This document shows positions 1 through 9,897 of a stretch of DNA of 64,000 nt, in pieces. The position numbers and the translations under genes are program-made. Origin of the DNA: an uncultured Polaribacter sp. (GTDB lineage Bacteria; Bacteroidota; Bacteroidia; Flavobacteriales; Flavobacteriaceae); contig CAJWAC010000002.1 in NCBI GenBank assembly GCA_913020555.1, positions 20,460-84,459 of the forward strand, given 5' to 3'. The notes under the pieces are model-generated. The model had not been told where the DNA came from and made no database searches. It saw only the letters and a program-made list of their open reading frames with translations. Within the stretch, counting starts at the first letter, position 1, and every line of letters starts with the position of its first letter.

Positions 1-576
1 AAAAAAAGGTACTGTAGTTTTTGTTGATTTATGCGCTTCTCCAAAAACTTGTTTTCTACCATTTTCTTGCATTACCTGTTGATCTATTGGTAATTGCTCT
101 TTAATTGTTACACCTTCATTGAAATAGAGCATGACACCAACAATAATTCCCAAACCAACTTGCCCTAAAATTTTGAATTTGCCCTTTAAACCATCTTTAT
201 CTTTTTTGAATACTTTTATATAGTCATCCAAAAAACCAATCAACCCCATCCAAACTGTAGTAATTATAAGAATAATGATATAAATATTATCTAACTTTGT
301 TAGTAAAAACACTGGGATTAATGTTGCGAAAATGATAATAACTCCACCCATTGTTGGGGTCCCTGATTTTTGCTTTTGCCCTTCTAAACCTAAATCACGA
401 ACCGTCTCACCAACTTGCTGTGTTCTTAAAAAGTTGATAATTCTTTTCCCATAAATTGCCGAAATCAATAATGATAAGATAAATGCAGCTGCAGCTCTAA
501 AAGAGATAAATTGGAAGACACTTGCTCCAGGGAAACTAAATTGACTTTCTAAATATTCAAATATATAATACAACAT
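1..576 (-). CDS. mraY: Phospho-N-acetylmuramoyl-pentapeptide transferase (5' part, truncated by window edge)
   Basis: Manual translation from ATG at 576: [32 protein letters not shown]...[11 protein letters not shown]...IGFLDDYIK. MraY motifs are present and it follows murE. Not in the ORF track. Confidence 0.95.
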   Translation of the reverse strand, partial: MLYYIFEYLESQFSFPGASVFQFISFRAAAAFILSLLISAIYGKRIINFLRTQQVGETVRDLGLEGQKQKSGTPTMGGVIIIFATLIPVFLLTKLDNIYIIILIITTVWMGLIGFLDDYIKVFKKDKDGLKGKFKILGQVGLGIIVGVMLYFNEGVTIKEQLPIDQQVMQENGRKQVFGEAHKSTKTTVPFF

Positions 577-577
577 G

Positions 578-2044
578 CTACTTCTTTTTTAATTGATTAA
601 AACAATAAGACACCTCTTCTAAGTCATTAAAATGAGTGCGAACTCCCTTAATTTCTTGGTAATTTTCATGTCCTTTCCCAGCAATTAAAATAATATCTCC
701 AGTTTTTGAAAGTTTACAAGCCGTTTTAATTGCTTGCTTTCTATCTAAAATTGTTAATGTTTTTCTGTAATTTTGAGATGAAACGCCATTTTCCATTTCA
801 TCTAAAATTGTCTGTGGATTTTCTGTTCTTGGATTGTCTGAAGTAAAAATGGCTTGATTGCTTAATTGAGCTGCAATATGTGCCATTTTAGGTCTTTTGG
901 TTTTATCTCTGTCACCGCCACAACCTACAACTGTAATTACATTTTCGTTATTTGTTCTAATATCATTAATCGTTTCTAAAACATTTTTTAATGCATCTGG
1001 TGTATGCGCGTAATCTACAATTGCAGTAACTCCTTCATCGGAAATAATATGTTGAAAACGACCACTAACACTCTCTAACTGACTTACAATTGTTAAAATT
1101 TCCAATTTTTTTAAACCTAATAATTCAGCTGTTGCAATAATTGCTGTTAGATTATAGATATTAAAAACACCTATTAATTTGGTCCAAACTTCAGTTCCAC
1201 CAACATTAAGTAATGTTCCAGAAAGTTGCTTTTCTAAAATTCGAATTTTATAATCAGCAAAAGTTTTTAAAGCGTAAGTATATTTTTTTGCTTTGGTATT
1301 CTGCAACATGTAGTTGCCATTTTTATCATCAATGTTTGTGAGTGCAAATGCAGATTTTGGTAAACCATCAAAAAATGCTTTTTTCACATTTCTATAGGTT
1401 GCAAAAGTTTCATGATAATCCAAATGATCATGAGAAAGATTTGTGAAAATTCCGCCTGTAAAGGTTAATCCTTCCGTTCTTTTTTGATGAATTCCGTGAG
1501 AACTCACTTCCATAAAACAATATTCCACCCCTTGCGCTAACATCAAATTTAAATAACAATTTATAGTTATTGAATCTGGTGTAGTATGCGTTGCTTTGTA
1601 TTCAGTTTTATCTATTAAAATTTTTACTGTTGAAAGCAAACCTACCTTATAGCCAGCTTGCATAAATAATTGATACAATAATGATGCAATTGTAGTCTTT
1701 CCGTTTGTGCCTGTTACACCAATTACTGGGAATTTAGTGGAAGGGTTATCATAAAAATTAGCTGACATAATTGCCAAAGCCACGTTTGCATCATCGACTT
1801 TTATATAGGTTACTCCACTCTTTTTATTTTCAGGTAAGTTCTCGCAAATTATTACAATTGCTCCTAATAAGATGGCTTTATTGATGTATAAATGACCATC
1901 AACCTGAACACCTTTTTGAGCAACAAAAACATCATTTTCTTGAACTTTTCTAGAATCAAAAACAATGCTATTGACATGAATATCTGCATTACCAAATACT
2001 TGTTTGATGCCAACTTTGTATAATATGTCTTTTAAATTTTTCAG
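578..2044 (-). CDS. murE: UDP-N-acetylmuramoyl-L-alanyl-D-glutamate--2,6-diaminopimelate ligase
   Basis: [28 protein letters not shown] and AGKGHE motifs. The frame stays open upstream of the track start (1783) through the N-terminal domain (FDSRKV) to CTG at 2044, one base after the ftsI stop. Confidence 0.93.
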   Translation of the reverse strand: MKNLKDILYKVGIKQVFGNADIHVNSIVFDSRKVQENDVFVAQKGVQVDGHLYINKAILLGAIVIICENLPENKKSGVTYIKVDDANVALAIMSANFYDNPSTKFPVIGVTGTNGKTTIASLLYQLFMQAGYKVGLLSTVKILIDKTEYKATHTTPDSITINCYLNLMLAQGVEYCFMEVSSHGIHQKRTEGLTFTGGIFTNLSHDHLDYHETFATYRNVKKAFFDGLPKSAFALTNIDDKNGNYMLQNTKAKKYTYALKTFADYKIRILEKQLSGTLLNVGGTEVWTKLIGVFNIYNLTAIIATAELLGLKKLEILTIVSQLESVSGRFQHIISDEGVTAIVDYAHTPDALKNVLETINDIRTNNENVITVVGCGGDRDKTKRPKMAHIAAQLSNQAIFTSDNPRTENPQTILDEMENGVSSQNYRKTLTILDRKQAIKTACKLSKTGDIILIAGKGHENYQEIKGVRTHFNDLEEVSYCFNQLKKK

Positions 2045-2045
2045 T

Positions 2046-4064
2046 TTATGATAATTTTAAAACAATAGTACTTCCCTTAACTAACTTTTCTCCTTTTTTA
2101 ATTGACTGAGTCCGCACTTTACCAACTCCTGAGAACTTTACTTTTAATCCTATATTCTCTAACATAGCTACAGCATCCATAGCACTCATGCCTTTTACAT
2201 TAGGTACTTTGGTGTATTCTTTATTAATAATTTTCGCATAATTTTGATACTGATTTTCAATCGCAGCAAACTTCACTTTATCCTCTACCGATTGATTATT
2301 GATAGGAGTAGTTGTATAAATTTTTTGCGCAATTTCTTTAAAAATTGGTGCAGCTACAGTTGCCCCATAATACCCTTTCTTTTTATCTGGATCGTGGACA
2401 ACAACGATACAAGAATATTTTGGTTCATCAGCAGGAAAAAAACCTGCAAAAGAAGCCACATATCGCTCTGTAGAATAATAACCGCCTTCCCACTCACCTT
2501 TTGTATTTTTAGTTCTTGGAATGTATTTTTTAGCAGTACCCGTTTTGCCTGCCATGGAAAAATTTGGTGAGTAAATATTATCTGCTGTTCCCTTAACAAC
2601 AACATTTTCCATCACTTTACGAACTTTACTTAAAGTTTCTTTTGATGCGATTTTGGAATTTACAATCTCTGTTTTGAATATTTTTTCCGCTTTACCATCT
2701 CTTCTTAGTTCTTTTACAAAGCGGGGTTTTACCATAATTCCGTTATTTGCTACAGCATTATAGAACATTAAAGTTTGCATTGGCGTTACTGAAATGCCAT
2801 AACCCCATGACATCCACTCTAAAGAAATTTTACTCCAAGCTTTATCCTTTGGTTCGGGAATATATGGTTTTCCCTCTCCTTTAATTTGGAAACCTACAGG
2901 TTTTGTAAATCCGTATTTCGCTACTTTATAGATAAACTTTTCTGGTTGATGATCATAATGTTTTTTGATCAACTTAACCACACCCACATTTGACGAAACT
3001 TCAAAAGCTCTGGCTGCAGAAATTTTACCATAACCTCCTTTTTTTGAATCTTCTACTTTTCTATTGTTTATATAAATTCTACCTTTTTCAGTATCTACAA
3101 CTGTTGCAGTATCTATAACCTTATCATCTAGAGCTGCCATTAAACTTACTAATTTAAAGGTAGAACCAGGCTCATGACTTTCCCAAACCGCATAATTTCT
3201 CTTTTCGTAATACTTCCCTTTTGATGTTCTTCCTAAATTAGAAATTGCCTTAATTTCACCTGTTTTGGTTTCCATAACAACAGCACAACCGTGATCTGCC
3301 TCAAAATATTCTAACTGACGTAATAATGCGTGATGTGTAATATCTTGGATATTTACATCTATAGTTGTAATAATATCATGACCATCTAAAGGCTCTTTCT
3401 CATTAACGTCAGAAATTGGTTTCCACTGATTTTTGGCGATTTTCTGCTTCCAACGCAAACCATCTTCACCTTGCATAAAATCAGCAAAAGCACCTTCTAT
3501 ACCAGCCTCTCCTCTATAATCATCGTAACCAATAGTTCTTTCAGCAATTTTACCAATTGGATGAGTACGAACTGTTTTGTGTTCTGCTATAAAACCACCG
3601 CCATAAACACCTTTATTAAAAATAGGGAAGGTTTTCATTTTTAAATAATCATTATACCCTATATTTCTAGCAATAAGTAAATAACGATTTTTACGTCTTT
3701 TTGCAGTTCTTAATTTATTTTGATAATAGCTTACAGATTTTCCCAACATTTTGGATAATTCTTTTGACAAAGCCGCAATATTTTTCTCAAATATTTTATT
3801 TTTTACAGCAGCCATAACATCCATTCTAATCGTATATTTAGACATTGAGGTTGCCAATAAATTACCATCTGCAGCATAAACATTACCTTTATTGGCTTTT
3901 ATTTTAAACTCTTTTACGGTAAGCTCTGTGGCTAGTTTCTTGTATTTTTCTCCCTGTACATATTGAATATTTACAAGACGAAAAATAATTGTGAATAAAA
4001 GAAGCGCGATAAAAGAAGCCACTATGTAAAATTTGGTAAGTATGCTTTTTTTGTGAGTTGCCAA
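2046..4064 (-). CDS. ftsI: Class B penicillin-binding protein FtsI/PBP3 with C-terminal PASTA domain
   Basis: N-terminal TM helix; EPGSTFK (SxxK), SSN (SxN) and KTG motifs; dcw position. Confidence 0.93.
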   Translation of the reverse strand: MATHKKSILTKFYIVASFIALLLFTIIFRLVNIQYVQGEKYKKLATELTVKEFKIKANKGNVYAADGNLLATSMSKYTIRMDVMAAVKNKIFEKNIAALSKELSKMLGKSVSYYQNKLRTAKRRKNRYLLIARNIGYNDYLKMKTFPIFNKGVYGGGFIAEHKTVRTHPIGKIAERTIGYDDYRGEAGIEGAFADFMQGEDGLRWKQKIAKNQWKPISDVNEKEPLDGHDIITTIDVNIQDITHHALLRQLEYFEADHGCAVVMETKTGEIKAISNLGRTSKGKYYEKRNYAVWESHEPGSTFKLVSLMAALDDKVIDTATVVDTEKGRIYINNRKVEDSKKGGYGKISAARAFEVSSNVGVVKLIKKHYDHQPEKFIYKVAKYGFTKPVGFQIKGEGKPYIPEPKDKAWSKISLEWMSWGYGISVTPMQTLMFYNAVANNGIMVKPRFVKELRRDGKAEKIFKTEIVNSKIASKETLSKVRKVMENVVVKGTADNIYSPNFSMAGKTGTAKKYIPRTKNTKGEWEGGYYSTERYVASFAGFFPADEPKYSCIVVVHDPDKKKGYYGATVAAPIFKEIAQKIYTTTPINNQSVEDKVKFAAIENQYQNYAKIINKEYTKVPNVKGMSAMDAVAMLENIGLKVKFSGVGKVRTQSIKKGEKLVKGSTIVLKLS

Positions 4065-4068
4065 TATA

Positions 4069-4395
4069 TTAATCTTTAATTGTTACTTTAATTTTTTTAG
4101 GAGGCACTTCTGATGGTTTTAAACCTCTTTCTTTTGCTTTTTCCCTGATACTTGATTCCATTTTTAATCGCATTAAAATGGTTCCTGTATCTACATATTC
4201 GGCTCTTAACTCTCTTTTCTTTTTGTTTAGTTCAGAGATTTCAAAAACTTTTCTTTCTGCGCTATGAGAACTATATATAATAATCAACATTAAAAACATC
4301 ACAAAAATGATTATTCTCCAATTTTTAAAAGCTGACTCATCTGTAAGAAAACTTCCTCTCAAAAAACTATAAACACCTTTTCTAACTTTAGACAT
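4069..4395 (-). CDS. ftsL: FtsL-like cell division protein
   Basis: Single TM helix plus coiled coil, between rsmH and ftsI. Confidence 0.85.
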   Translation of the reverse strand: MSKVRKGVYSFLRGSFLTDESAFKNWRIIIFVMFLMLIIIYSSHSAERKVFEISELNKKKRELRAEYVDTGTILMRLKMESSIREKAKERGLKPSEVPPKKIKVTIKD

Positions 4396-5299
4396 TTTGA
4401 TTTTTTAAAGTTGCTATTCTTAATTTTGCACTTCTAGCTCTGTTGTTTATTTTTATTTCCTCTTGAGAAGGAATAATCAATTTCCCAACTTTTTTCAATG
4501 GTTCATTGGAATTTCCAAAAACATCCTTTTCAGGTTCACCCTTAAACAAGCCTGTTCTAATAAATCGTTTCACCAATCTATCTTCTAAAGAATGATAAGA
4601 AATCACGCTTAATCTGCCATCCTCTTTCAACAGATTAGGAATTTGTTCCAAAAACTCTTTCAAAACATCTAACTCTTCATTTACCTCAATTCGAATTGCC
4701 TGAAAAATTTGAGCCAAAATCTTATGTTCTTTTGCTTTAGGTAAAAAAGCTTTTAAAACCTCCTTTAGCTGAAAACTAGTTTCAATTTTTTGATTTCCTC
4801 TTTCGTGCACAATTGTTCTTGCTAACTTTCGAGAATTTCTAAGTTCACCATATAAAAACAAGATCTCTGCCAACTTTTCTTCTGAATAATTATTCACTAT
4901 TTCTTTGGCAGATTTCTTAGATTTCTGATTCATACGCATGTCCAAATCTCCTTCAAAACGAATAGAAAAACCTCTCTCTGCCTCGTCAAATTGATGAGAA
5001 GAAACACCTAGATCAGCTAAAATACCGTCAACCTTTCGGATTCCATGAAACCTTAAAAATCTTGAGATATATCTAAAATTTTCTGGAATTAATACAAAAC
5101 GCCTATCATCAATCAGATTATTTAAAGCATCGGGGTCTTGATCAAAACCAAATAATTTTCCATTTTCTCCAAGCCTATCTAAAATTTCTCTGGAATGACC
5201 CCCACCACCAAAAGTTACATCCACATAAACACCATTTTGTTTGATAGCTAACGCATCTATACTTTCGTTCAATAAAACTGGGTTATGATACTCACTCAT
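4388..5299 (-). CDS. rsmH: 16S rRNA m4C1402 methyltransferase
   Basis: HNPVLL, DVTFGGGGHS, DLGVSSHQ, SYHSLEDR and NRARSAKLR motifs. Confidence 0.97.
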   Translation of the reverse strand: MSEYHNPVLLNESIDALAIKQNGVYVDVTFGGGGHSREILDRLGENGKLFGFDQDPDALNNLIDDRRFVLIPENFRYISRFLRFHGIRKVDGILADLGVSSHQFDEAERGFSIRFEGDLDMRMNQKSKKSAKEIVNNYSEEKLAEILFLYGELRNSRKLARTIVHERGNQKIETSFQLKEVLKAFLPKAKEHKILAQIFQAIRIEVNEELDVLKEFLEQIPNLLKEDGRLSVISYHSLEDRLVKRFIRTGLFKGEPEKDVFGNSNEPLKKVGKLIIPSQEEIKINNRARSAKLRIATLKNQNV

Positions 5300-5759
5300 C
5301 TTCTTCCCCTTTAAAATCTCCCATAACCTCTTCTGCTAATTCCGCAAAACCTTGCGCTCCACTTGCTATAATATCCTGATACCTATCTTTATCCCAAATC
5401 TCAATAATACCAGCAGATGAAGACATTACTATCTCTTTTTTAATACCTGCATAAGCACATAAATTTTTCGGAATTAAAAATCGCCCTGTTGTATCTAATT
5501 CAACTGACTTTAAACCTGCAGAAAATATCCGAATGAAATCGTTTGTTTTTTTATTAAACCTATTCTTTTTACTTACCTGAGCCATTGTTGAACTCCACTC
5601 TTTCATGGGATATAACTCCAGACATGACTCAAAAATAGATTGTTTTAGCACAAAACCTTCTTGCAAAACTGAAGCAAGTTGCTTTTTGAAAGCTGATGGC
5701 AACATCACCCTTCCTTTCGCATCTGCTTTACAATTATATTCTCCAATTAGGTTTATCAC
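5292..5759 (-). CDS. mraZ: dcw cluster transcriptional repressor MraZ
   Basis: Two DxxGR repeats (DAKGR, DTTGR), IEIW motif; first gene of the dcw cluster. Confidence 0.95.
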   Translation of the reverse strand: MINLIGEYNCKADAKGRVMLPSAFKKQLASVLQEGFVLKQSIFESCLELYPMKEWSSTMAQVSKKNRFNKKTNDFIRIFSAGLKSVELDTTGRFLIPKNLCAYAGIKKEIVMSSSAGIIEIWDKDRYQDIIASGAQGFAELAEEVMGDFKGEEDE

Positions 5760-5779
5760 TAAAACTTACATTTGTACTT

Positions 5780-5787
5780 CAAAAATA
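5780..5787 (-). promoter_or_regulatory. Bacteroidota sigma70 -7 box for mraZ/dcw
   Basis: TATTTTTG on the minus strand matches TAnnTTTG, 20 nt upstream of the mraZ GTG. Confidence 0.6.
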
Positions 5788-5796
5788 TAGAAAAAA

Positions 5797-5825
5797 TACC
5801 ACTTTTTACCACTTTTTACCACTTT
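5797..5825 (-). promoter_or_regulatory. MraZ operator, three direct repeats at a 10-bp period
   Basis: Minus strand AAAGTGGTA-A-AAAGTGGTA-A-AAAGTGGTA just upstream of the -7 box; fits the known GTGG-type MraZ boxes. Confidence 0.85.
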
Positions 5826-5926
5826 GTTAATAAAAACAGAGCATACCCTTTATTCACAAGGAAAAGAGATGTTAATAAGTGTAAATGACTGATAACTAAA
5901 GCAGTTTCTATGTTATAAAAAAGAAC

Positions 5927-5934
5927 TACATTTG
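5927..5934 (+). promoter_or_regulatory. -7 promoter box for the hydrolase-engB-rluA unit
   Basis: TACATTTG matches TAnnTTTG, 26 nt upstream of ATG 5961. Confidence 0.6.
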
Positions 5935-5960
5935 CGGATAGTGAATTCAAACAAAAATCA

Positions 5961-6725
5961 ATGACTGACAAGTTAAAAACTGAAGGTAAGTTTACATATG
6001 CAGAAGCCGGAGAAGGACCTGAAATCATTATTTTACATGGATTAATGGGGGCTTTAAGTAATTTTAAGCCAACTTTTAATCATCTGTCAAAAAATGGTTA
6101 TAAAGTTTTAATACCTGAATTACCTCTTTACACACTTCCACTCATTAAAACTAATGTTAAAAATTTAGCTGCTTATCTGCAAGATTTTTTAGAACATAAA
6201 AATATAAATCAAGCTATTCTTTTAGGAAACTCTTTAGGCGGTCATATCGCTCTATATTTTACCAAACACTATCCTGAAAAAGTAAAATCACTAGTACTTA
6301 CAGGTAGTTCTGGTTTATACGAAAATGCCATGGGAGGTAGCTTCCCTAAAAGAGGAAGTTATGAATATATAGAACAAAAGGTAAAAGATGTTTTTTACGA
6401 CCCTGCTGTAGCAACAAAAGAATTGGTTGACAGTGTGTATGCTACTGTAAATGACAGAGTAAAGGTTTTAAAAACCTTATCTATTGCCAAAAGTGCTATT
6501 AGACACAATATGGCCAATGATTTACCCTTAATGAAACAACCTACCTGTTTAATTTGGGGAAAACAAGATGAAGTTACACCTCCTGAAGTGGGGGAAGACT
6601 TCCATAAATTATTACCAAATTCCGATTTATTTTGGCTTGACGAATGTGGCCACGCTCCAATGATGGAAAAGTCAGAAGAATTTAACAAGATTCTGATTGA
6701 TTGGTTTAATTCTAAAAATATTTAA
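5961..6725 (+). CDS. Alpha/beta fold hydrolase
   Basis: LHG oxyanion motif, GNSLGG nucleophile elbow, D and CGH catalytic residues. Confidence 0.9.
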   Translation: MTDKLKTEGKFTYAEAGEGPEIIILHGLMGALSNFKPTFNHLSKNGYKVLIPELPLYTLPLIKTNVKNLAAYLQDFLEHKNINQAILLGNSLGGHIALYFTKHYPEKVKSLVLTGSSGLYENAMGGSFPKRGSYEYIEQKVKDVFYDPAVATKELVDSVYATVNDRVKVLKTLSIAKSAIRHNMANDLPLMKQPTCLIWGKQDEVTPPEVGEDFHKLLPNSDLFWLDECGHAPMMEKSEEFNKILIDWFNSKNI

Positions 6726-6736
6726 ATTCCTTTTTT

Positions 6737-7348
6737 GTGAAAATTAAGTCTGCTGAATTTGTAATGAGTAACAGCAATGTTATTAACGCTCCAAAAGACC
6801 GTATTCCTGAATATGCTTTTATTGGACGTTCTAATGTTGGAAAATCTTCATTAATAAATATGTTAATGGAACGCAAAGATTTGGCAAAAATTTCTGGAAA
6901 ACCTGGTAAAACCCAATTGATTAACCATTTTAAAATAAATGAAAATTGGTTTTTAGTGGATTTACCTGGTTATGGCTATGCACAGGTTTCTAAGAAGAAA
7001 CGTGTTATTTTTCAATATTTTATAGAAAACTACTTTAAAGAAAGAGAGCAGCTAGTTTGCACTTTTGTGCTTATTGATTCTAGACACGACCCTCAAAAAA
7101 TTGATTTGGATTTTATGCGCTTTTTAGGAGAACAACAGATTCCATTCTGTATTGTTTTTACAAAAGCTGATAAATTAGGAAGCTCAAAACTGAATAAACA
7201 AATTACTTCTTACAAAAAGAAATTATTACAACATTGGGAATCTTTACCAATGACTTTTCTAACGTCATCATCCACAGGGTTAGGCCGTAAAGAATTTTTA
7301 GATTTTGTAGATGGTATAAATGAAGATGTTGCTAAAGATTTTAAATAA
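6737..7348 (+). CDS. engB: Ribosome biogenesis GTPase YihA/YsxC
   Basis: GRSNVGKSS, PGKT, DLPGYG and TKAD motifs. Confidence 0.96.
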   Translation: MKIKSAEFVMSNSNVINAPKDRIPEYAFIGRSNVGKSSLINMLMERKDLAKISGKPGKTQLINHFKINENWFLVDLPGYGYAQVSKKKRVIFQYFIENYFKEREQLVCTFVLIDSRHDPQKIDLDFMRFLGEQQIPFCIVFTKADKLGSSKLNKQITSYKKKLLQHWESLPMTFLTSSSTGLGRKEFLDFVDGINEDVAKDFK

Positions 7349-7354
7349 TCAAAA

Positions 7355-8041
7355 ATGCACTCTAATAAGGATAACTTACAAGTACTTTTTGAAGATAATC
7401 ATTTAATGATTGTTAATAAGCGTTCTGGAGACATAACTCAAGGAGATAAAACTGGAGACAAACCTTTGAGCGATGTAGTAAAAGAATACATCAAAGAAAA
7501 ATACAATAAAACTGGCAATGTGTTTTTAGGCGTTGTGCACAGACTAGACAGGCCTACTTCTGGAGTAATTATTTTTGCAAGAACATCAAAAGCATTGGAG
7601 CGTTTAAATAAAATGTTGCGTGATAAAAATATAAACAAAACATATTGGGCTATTGTAAAAAATAACCCAAAGAAAGAAAAAGACACTTTAATTCATTATT
7701 TAAAAAAGAATCCTAAAAACAATAAATCTTCTGCTTTTCATAAAGAAATTTCTGGTTCAAAAAAAGCCATTTTACATTATCATGTTTTGCAAAAGTTAGA
7801 CAATTACAGTTTGTTAGAAATTGATCTAGAAACAGGTAGACACCATCAAATTAGAACACAATTATCCAATATTGGTTTTCCTATAAAGGGCGATTTAAAA
7901 TACGGTTTTAACAGGAGTAATAAAGATGGAAGTATTCATTTACATGCCCGAAAAATTCAATTTACTCATCCAGTATCAAAAGAAAATATTTCTATTGTTG
8001 CTCCCACTCCAAATGAAGCTGTTTGGAATGCTTGTAACTAA
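7355..8041 (+). CDS. RluA-family pseudouridine synthase
   Basis: HRLDRPTSG, TGRHHQIR and GDLKY motifs. Confidence 0.93.
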   Translation: MHSNKDNLQVLFEDNHLMIVNKRSGDITQGDKTGDKPLSDVVKEYIKEKYNKTGNVFLGVVHRLDRPTSGVIIFARTSKALERLNKMLRDKNINKTYWAIVKNNPKKEKDTLIHYLKKNPKNNKSSAFHKEISGSKKAILHYHVLQKLDNYSLLEIDLETGRHHQIRTQLSNIGFPIKGDLKYGFNRSNKDGSIHLHARKIQFTHPVSKENISIVAPTPNEAVWNACN

Positions 8042-8072
8042 TTATTATCTTTAGAGGAAATTATTTTCTTTA

Positions 8073-9104
8073 ATGAAAGCTTTCAAATATTTTTCAATTT
8101 TAATATTACCCATAATCGTTTATATTTCTTTTACCTCTAAAGGATGGTTAACACACATACCTGCTATTGTTTTTTTTGGAGTAGTGCCTTTGTTGGAGTT
8201 TTTTATTAAACCTAACGAAACTAATTTTTCGAAAGAACAAGAAAAGATTGAAAAAGAAAATAAACTATATACATATCTACTATACCTTACATTACCTATT
8301 CAAGTGGGCTTTTTAATTTTCTTTTTCTATTCTATTCAAGAACCAAATTTAACTAATTCAGAAATTTTTGGACGTATTTTTGGAATGGGTATTATGTGTG
8401 GTGTCATTGGAATAAATGTTGGACACGAATTAGGGCATAGAAACAATAGATTAGATGAATTTATTGGAGAAATATTGTTATTAACCTCTTTAAATACGCA
8501 TTTTTTACCTTATCATAATGGAGGACATCATTACAATGTGGCTACTCCAAAAGATGCTGCAACCGCTAGAAAAAACGAAATATTATTCACTTTTTGGCTT
8601 CGTTCACATTTCTCTAGTTATTTAGAAGCCTGGCGCTTAGAAAATAGAAGAATGCAACAAGAAAACAGAAGCTGGTTACACTACCAAAATAGAATGATTA
8701 TCTACACTATTTGTAATCTTGCATTATTAAGTCTTATTTATTTTTTCTTTGGTCAATTTATTTTATACTGTTTTGTAGCAGCCGCTATTTCAGGAATTCT
8801 TTTGTTGGAAACCGTAAATTATATTGAACACTACGGATTACTCAGAAAACAAAACGAAAACGGACGTTATGAGCGCGTAAAAAGAAATCATTCTTGGAAT
8901 TCAAATCATCAAGTTGGGCAAGTATTATTATTCAATTTATCTCGTCATTCAGATCATCATTTTAACGGGAGCAAACATTATCAATTACTAAAGTCAGTAC
9001 CAGAAAGTCCGCAGATGCCAACCGGTTATCCTGGAATGATGCTACTCTCTTTCTTTCCTCCTATTTGGTTTTGGGTGATGAATAAAAAAATCAAAAAATC
9101 TTAG
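8073..9104 (+). CDS. alkB: Alkane 1-monooxygenase-like membrane di-iron hydroxylase
   Basis: His boxes HELGH, HNGGHH, NYIEHYG and RHSDHH; HSWN motif; multiple TM helices. Confidence 0.88.
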   Translation: MKAFKYFSILILPIIVYISFTSKGWLTHIPAIVFFGVVPLLEFFIKPNETNFSKEQEKIEKENKLYTYLLYLTLPIQVGFLIFFFYSIQEPNLTNSEIFGRIFGMGIMCGVIGINVGHELGHRNNRLDEFIGEILLLTSLNTHFLPYHNGGHHYNVATPKDAATARKNEILFTFWLRSHFSSYLEAWRLENRRMQQENRSWLHYQNRMIIYTICNLALLSLIYFFFGQFILYCFVAAAISGILLLETVNYIEHYGLLRKQNENGRYERVKRNHSWNSNHQVGQVLLFNLSRHSDHHFNGSKHYQLLKSVPESPQMPTGYPGMMLLSFFPPIWFWVMNKKIKKS

Positions 9105-9114
9105 TTATCATTTT

Positions 9115-9852
9115 ATGTATAAAGAAAAAACAGTCTCTGAAGCCATACATTATAGGCGTTCAGTAAGAGTTTACGATGCTGAAAAACCAATTCAAAAAGA
9201 CATTGTAAAAAAATGTATTCATCAAGCAACTTTAGCTCCAAATAGCAGCAATATGCAATTGTGGGAGTTTTACCATGTTACATCAAAAGATATCATTGCA
9301 AAAATCACCCCTTTTTGTTTTAATCAGAATGCAGCAAAAACAGCACAACAACTGGTTATTTTTATAACACGAAAAGATTTATGGAAACAACGAGCAAATG
9401 CCAATTTAAAGTTTATTGACAAAAATTTTGGAGCTGATAACCCTAAAAACAAACAAAGTAAAAGAGAAAAAACAGCCCGAAATTATTACAGTAAAATCAT
9501 TCCTTTTGCCTACGGTGATTTTTTGGGTATGCTAGGCTTTTTAAAATACCTAATGGTTTCTTTTATTGGTTTTTTCAAACCTATGTACAGACAAGTTAGA
9601 AAAAGTGATATGCGAATTGTAGCTCATAAAACTTGCGGTTTAGCTGCAGAAAACTTTATGATTTCTATGGCAGCAGAAGGCTATGATACTTGCCCAATGG
9701 AGGGTTCAGATACGTTGAGAATTAAAAAATTGTTAGGATTACCTCTTGGTGCAGAAATAAATATGATTGTATCTTGTGGAATCAGAAAACCTGAAGGAGT
9801 TTACGGAGATCGCTTTCGAATTCCCTTTGAAGAAGTTTATAAAGAAGTATAA
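9115..9852 (+). CDS. Nitroreductase family protein
   Basis: RRSVR, APNSSNMQLW and TCPMEG motifs. Confidence 0.9.
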   Translation: MYKEKTVSEAIHYRRSVRVYDAEKPIQKDIVKKCIHQATLAPNSSNMQLWEFYHVTSKDIIAKITPFCFNQNAAKTAQQLVIFITRKDLWKQRANANLKFIDKNFGADNPKNKQSKREKTARNYYSKIIPFAYGDFLGMLGFLKYLMVSFIGFFKPMYRQVRKSDMRIVAHKTCGLAAENFMISMAAEGYDTCPMEGSDTLRIKKLLGLPLGAEINMIVSCGIRKPEGVYGDRFRIPFEEVYKEV

Positions 9853-9897
9853 ATGGAACACCTATTAAATCAAGAATCAATTTTGCATCACTAGAAA

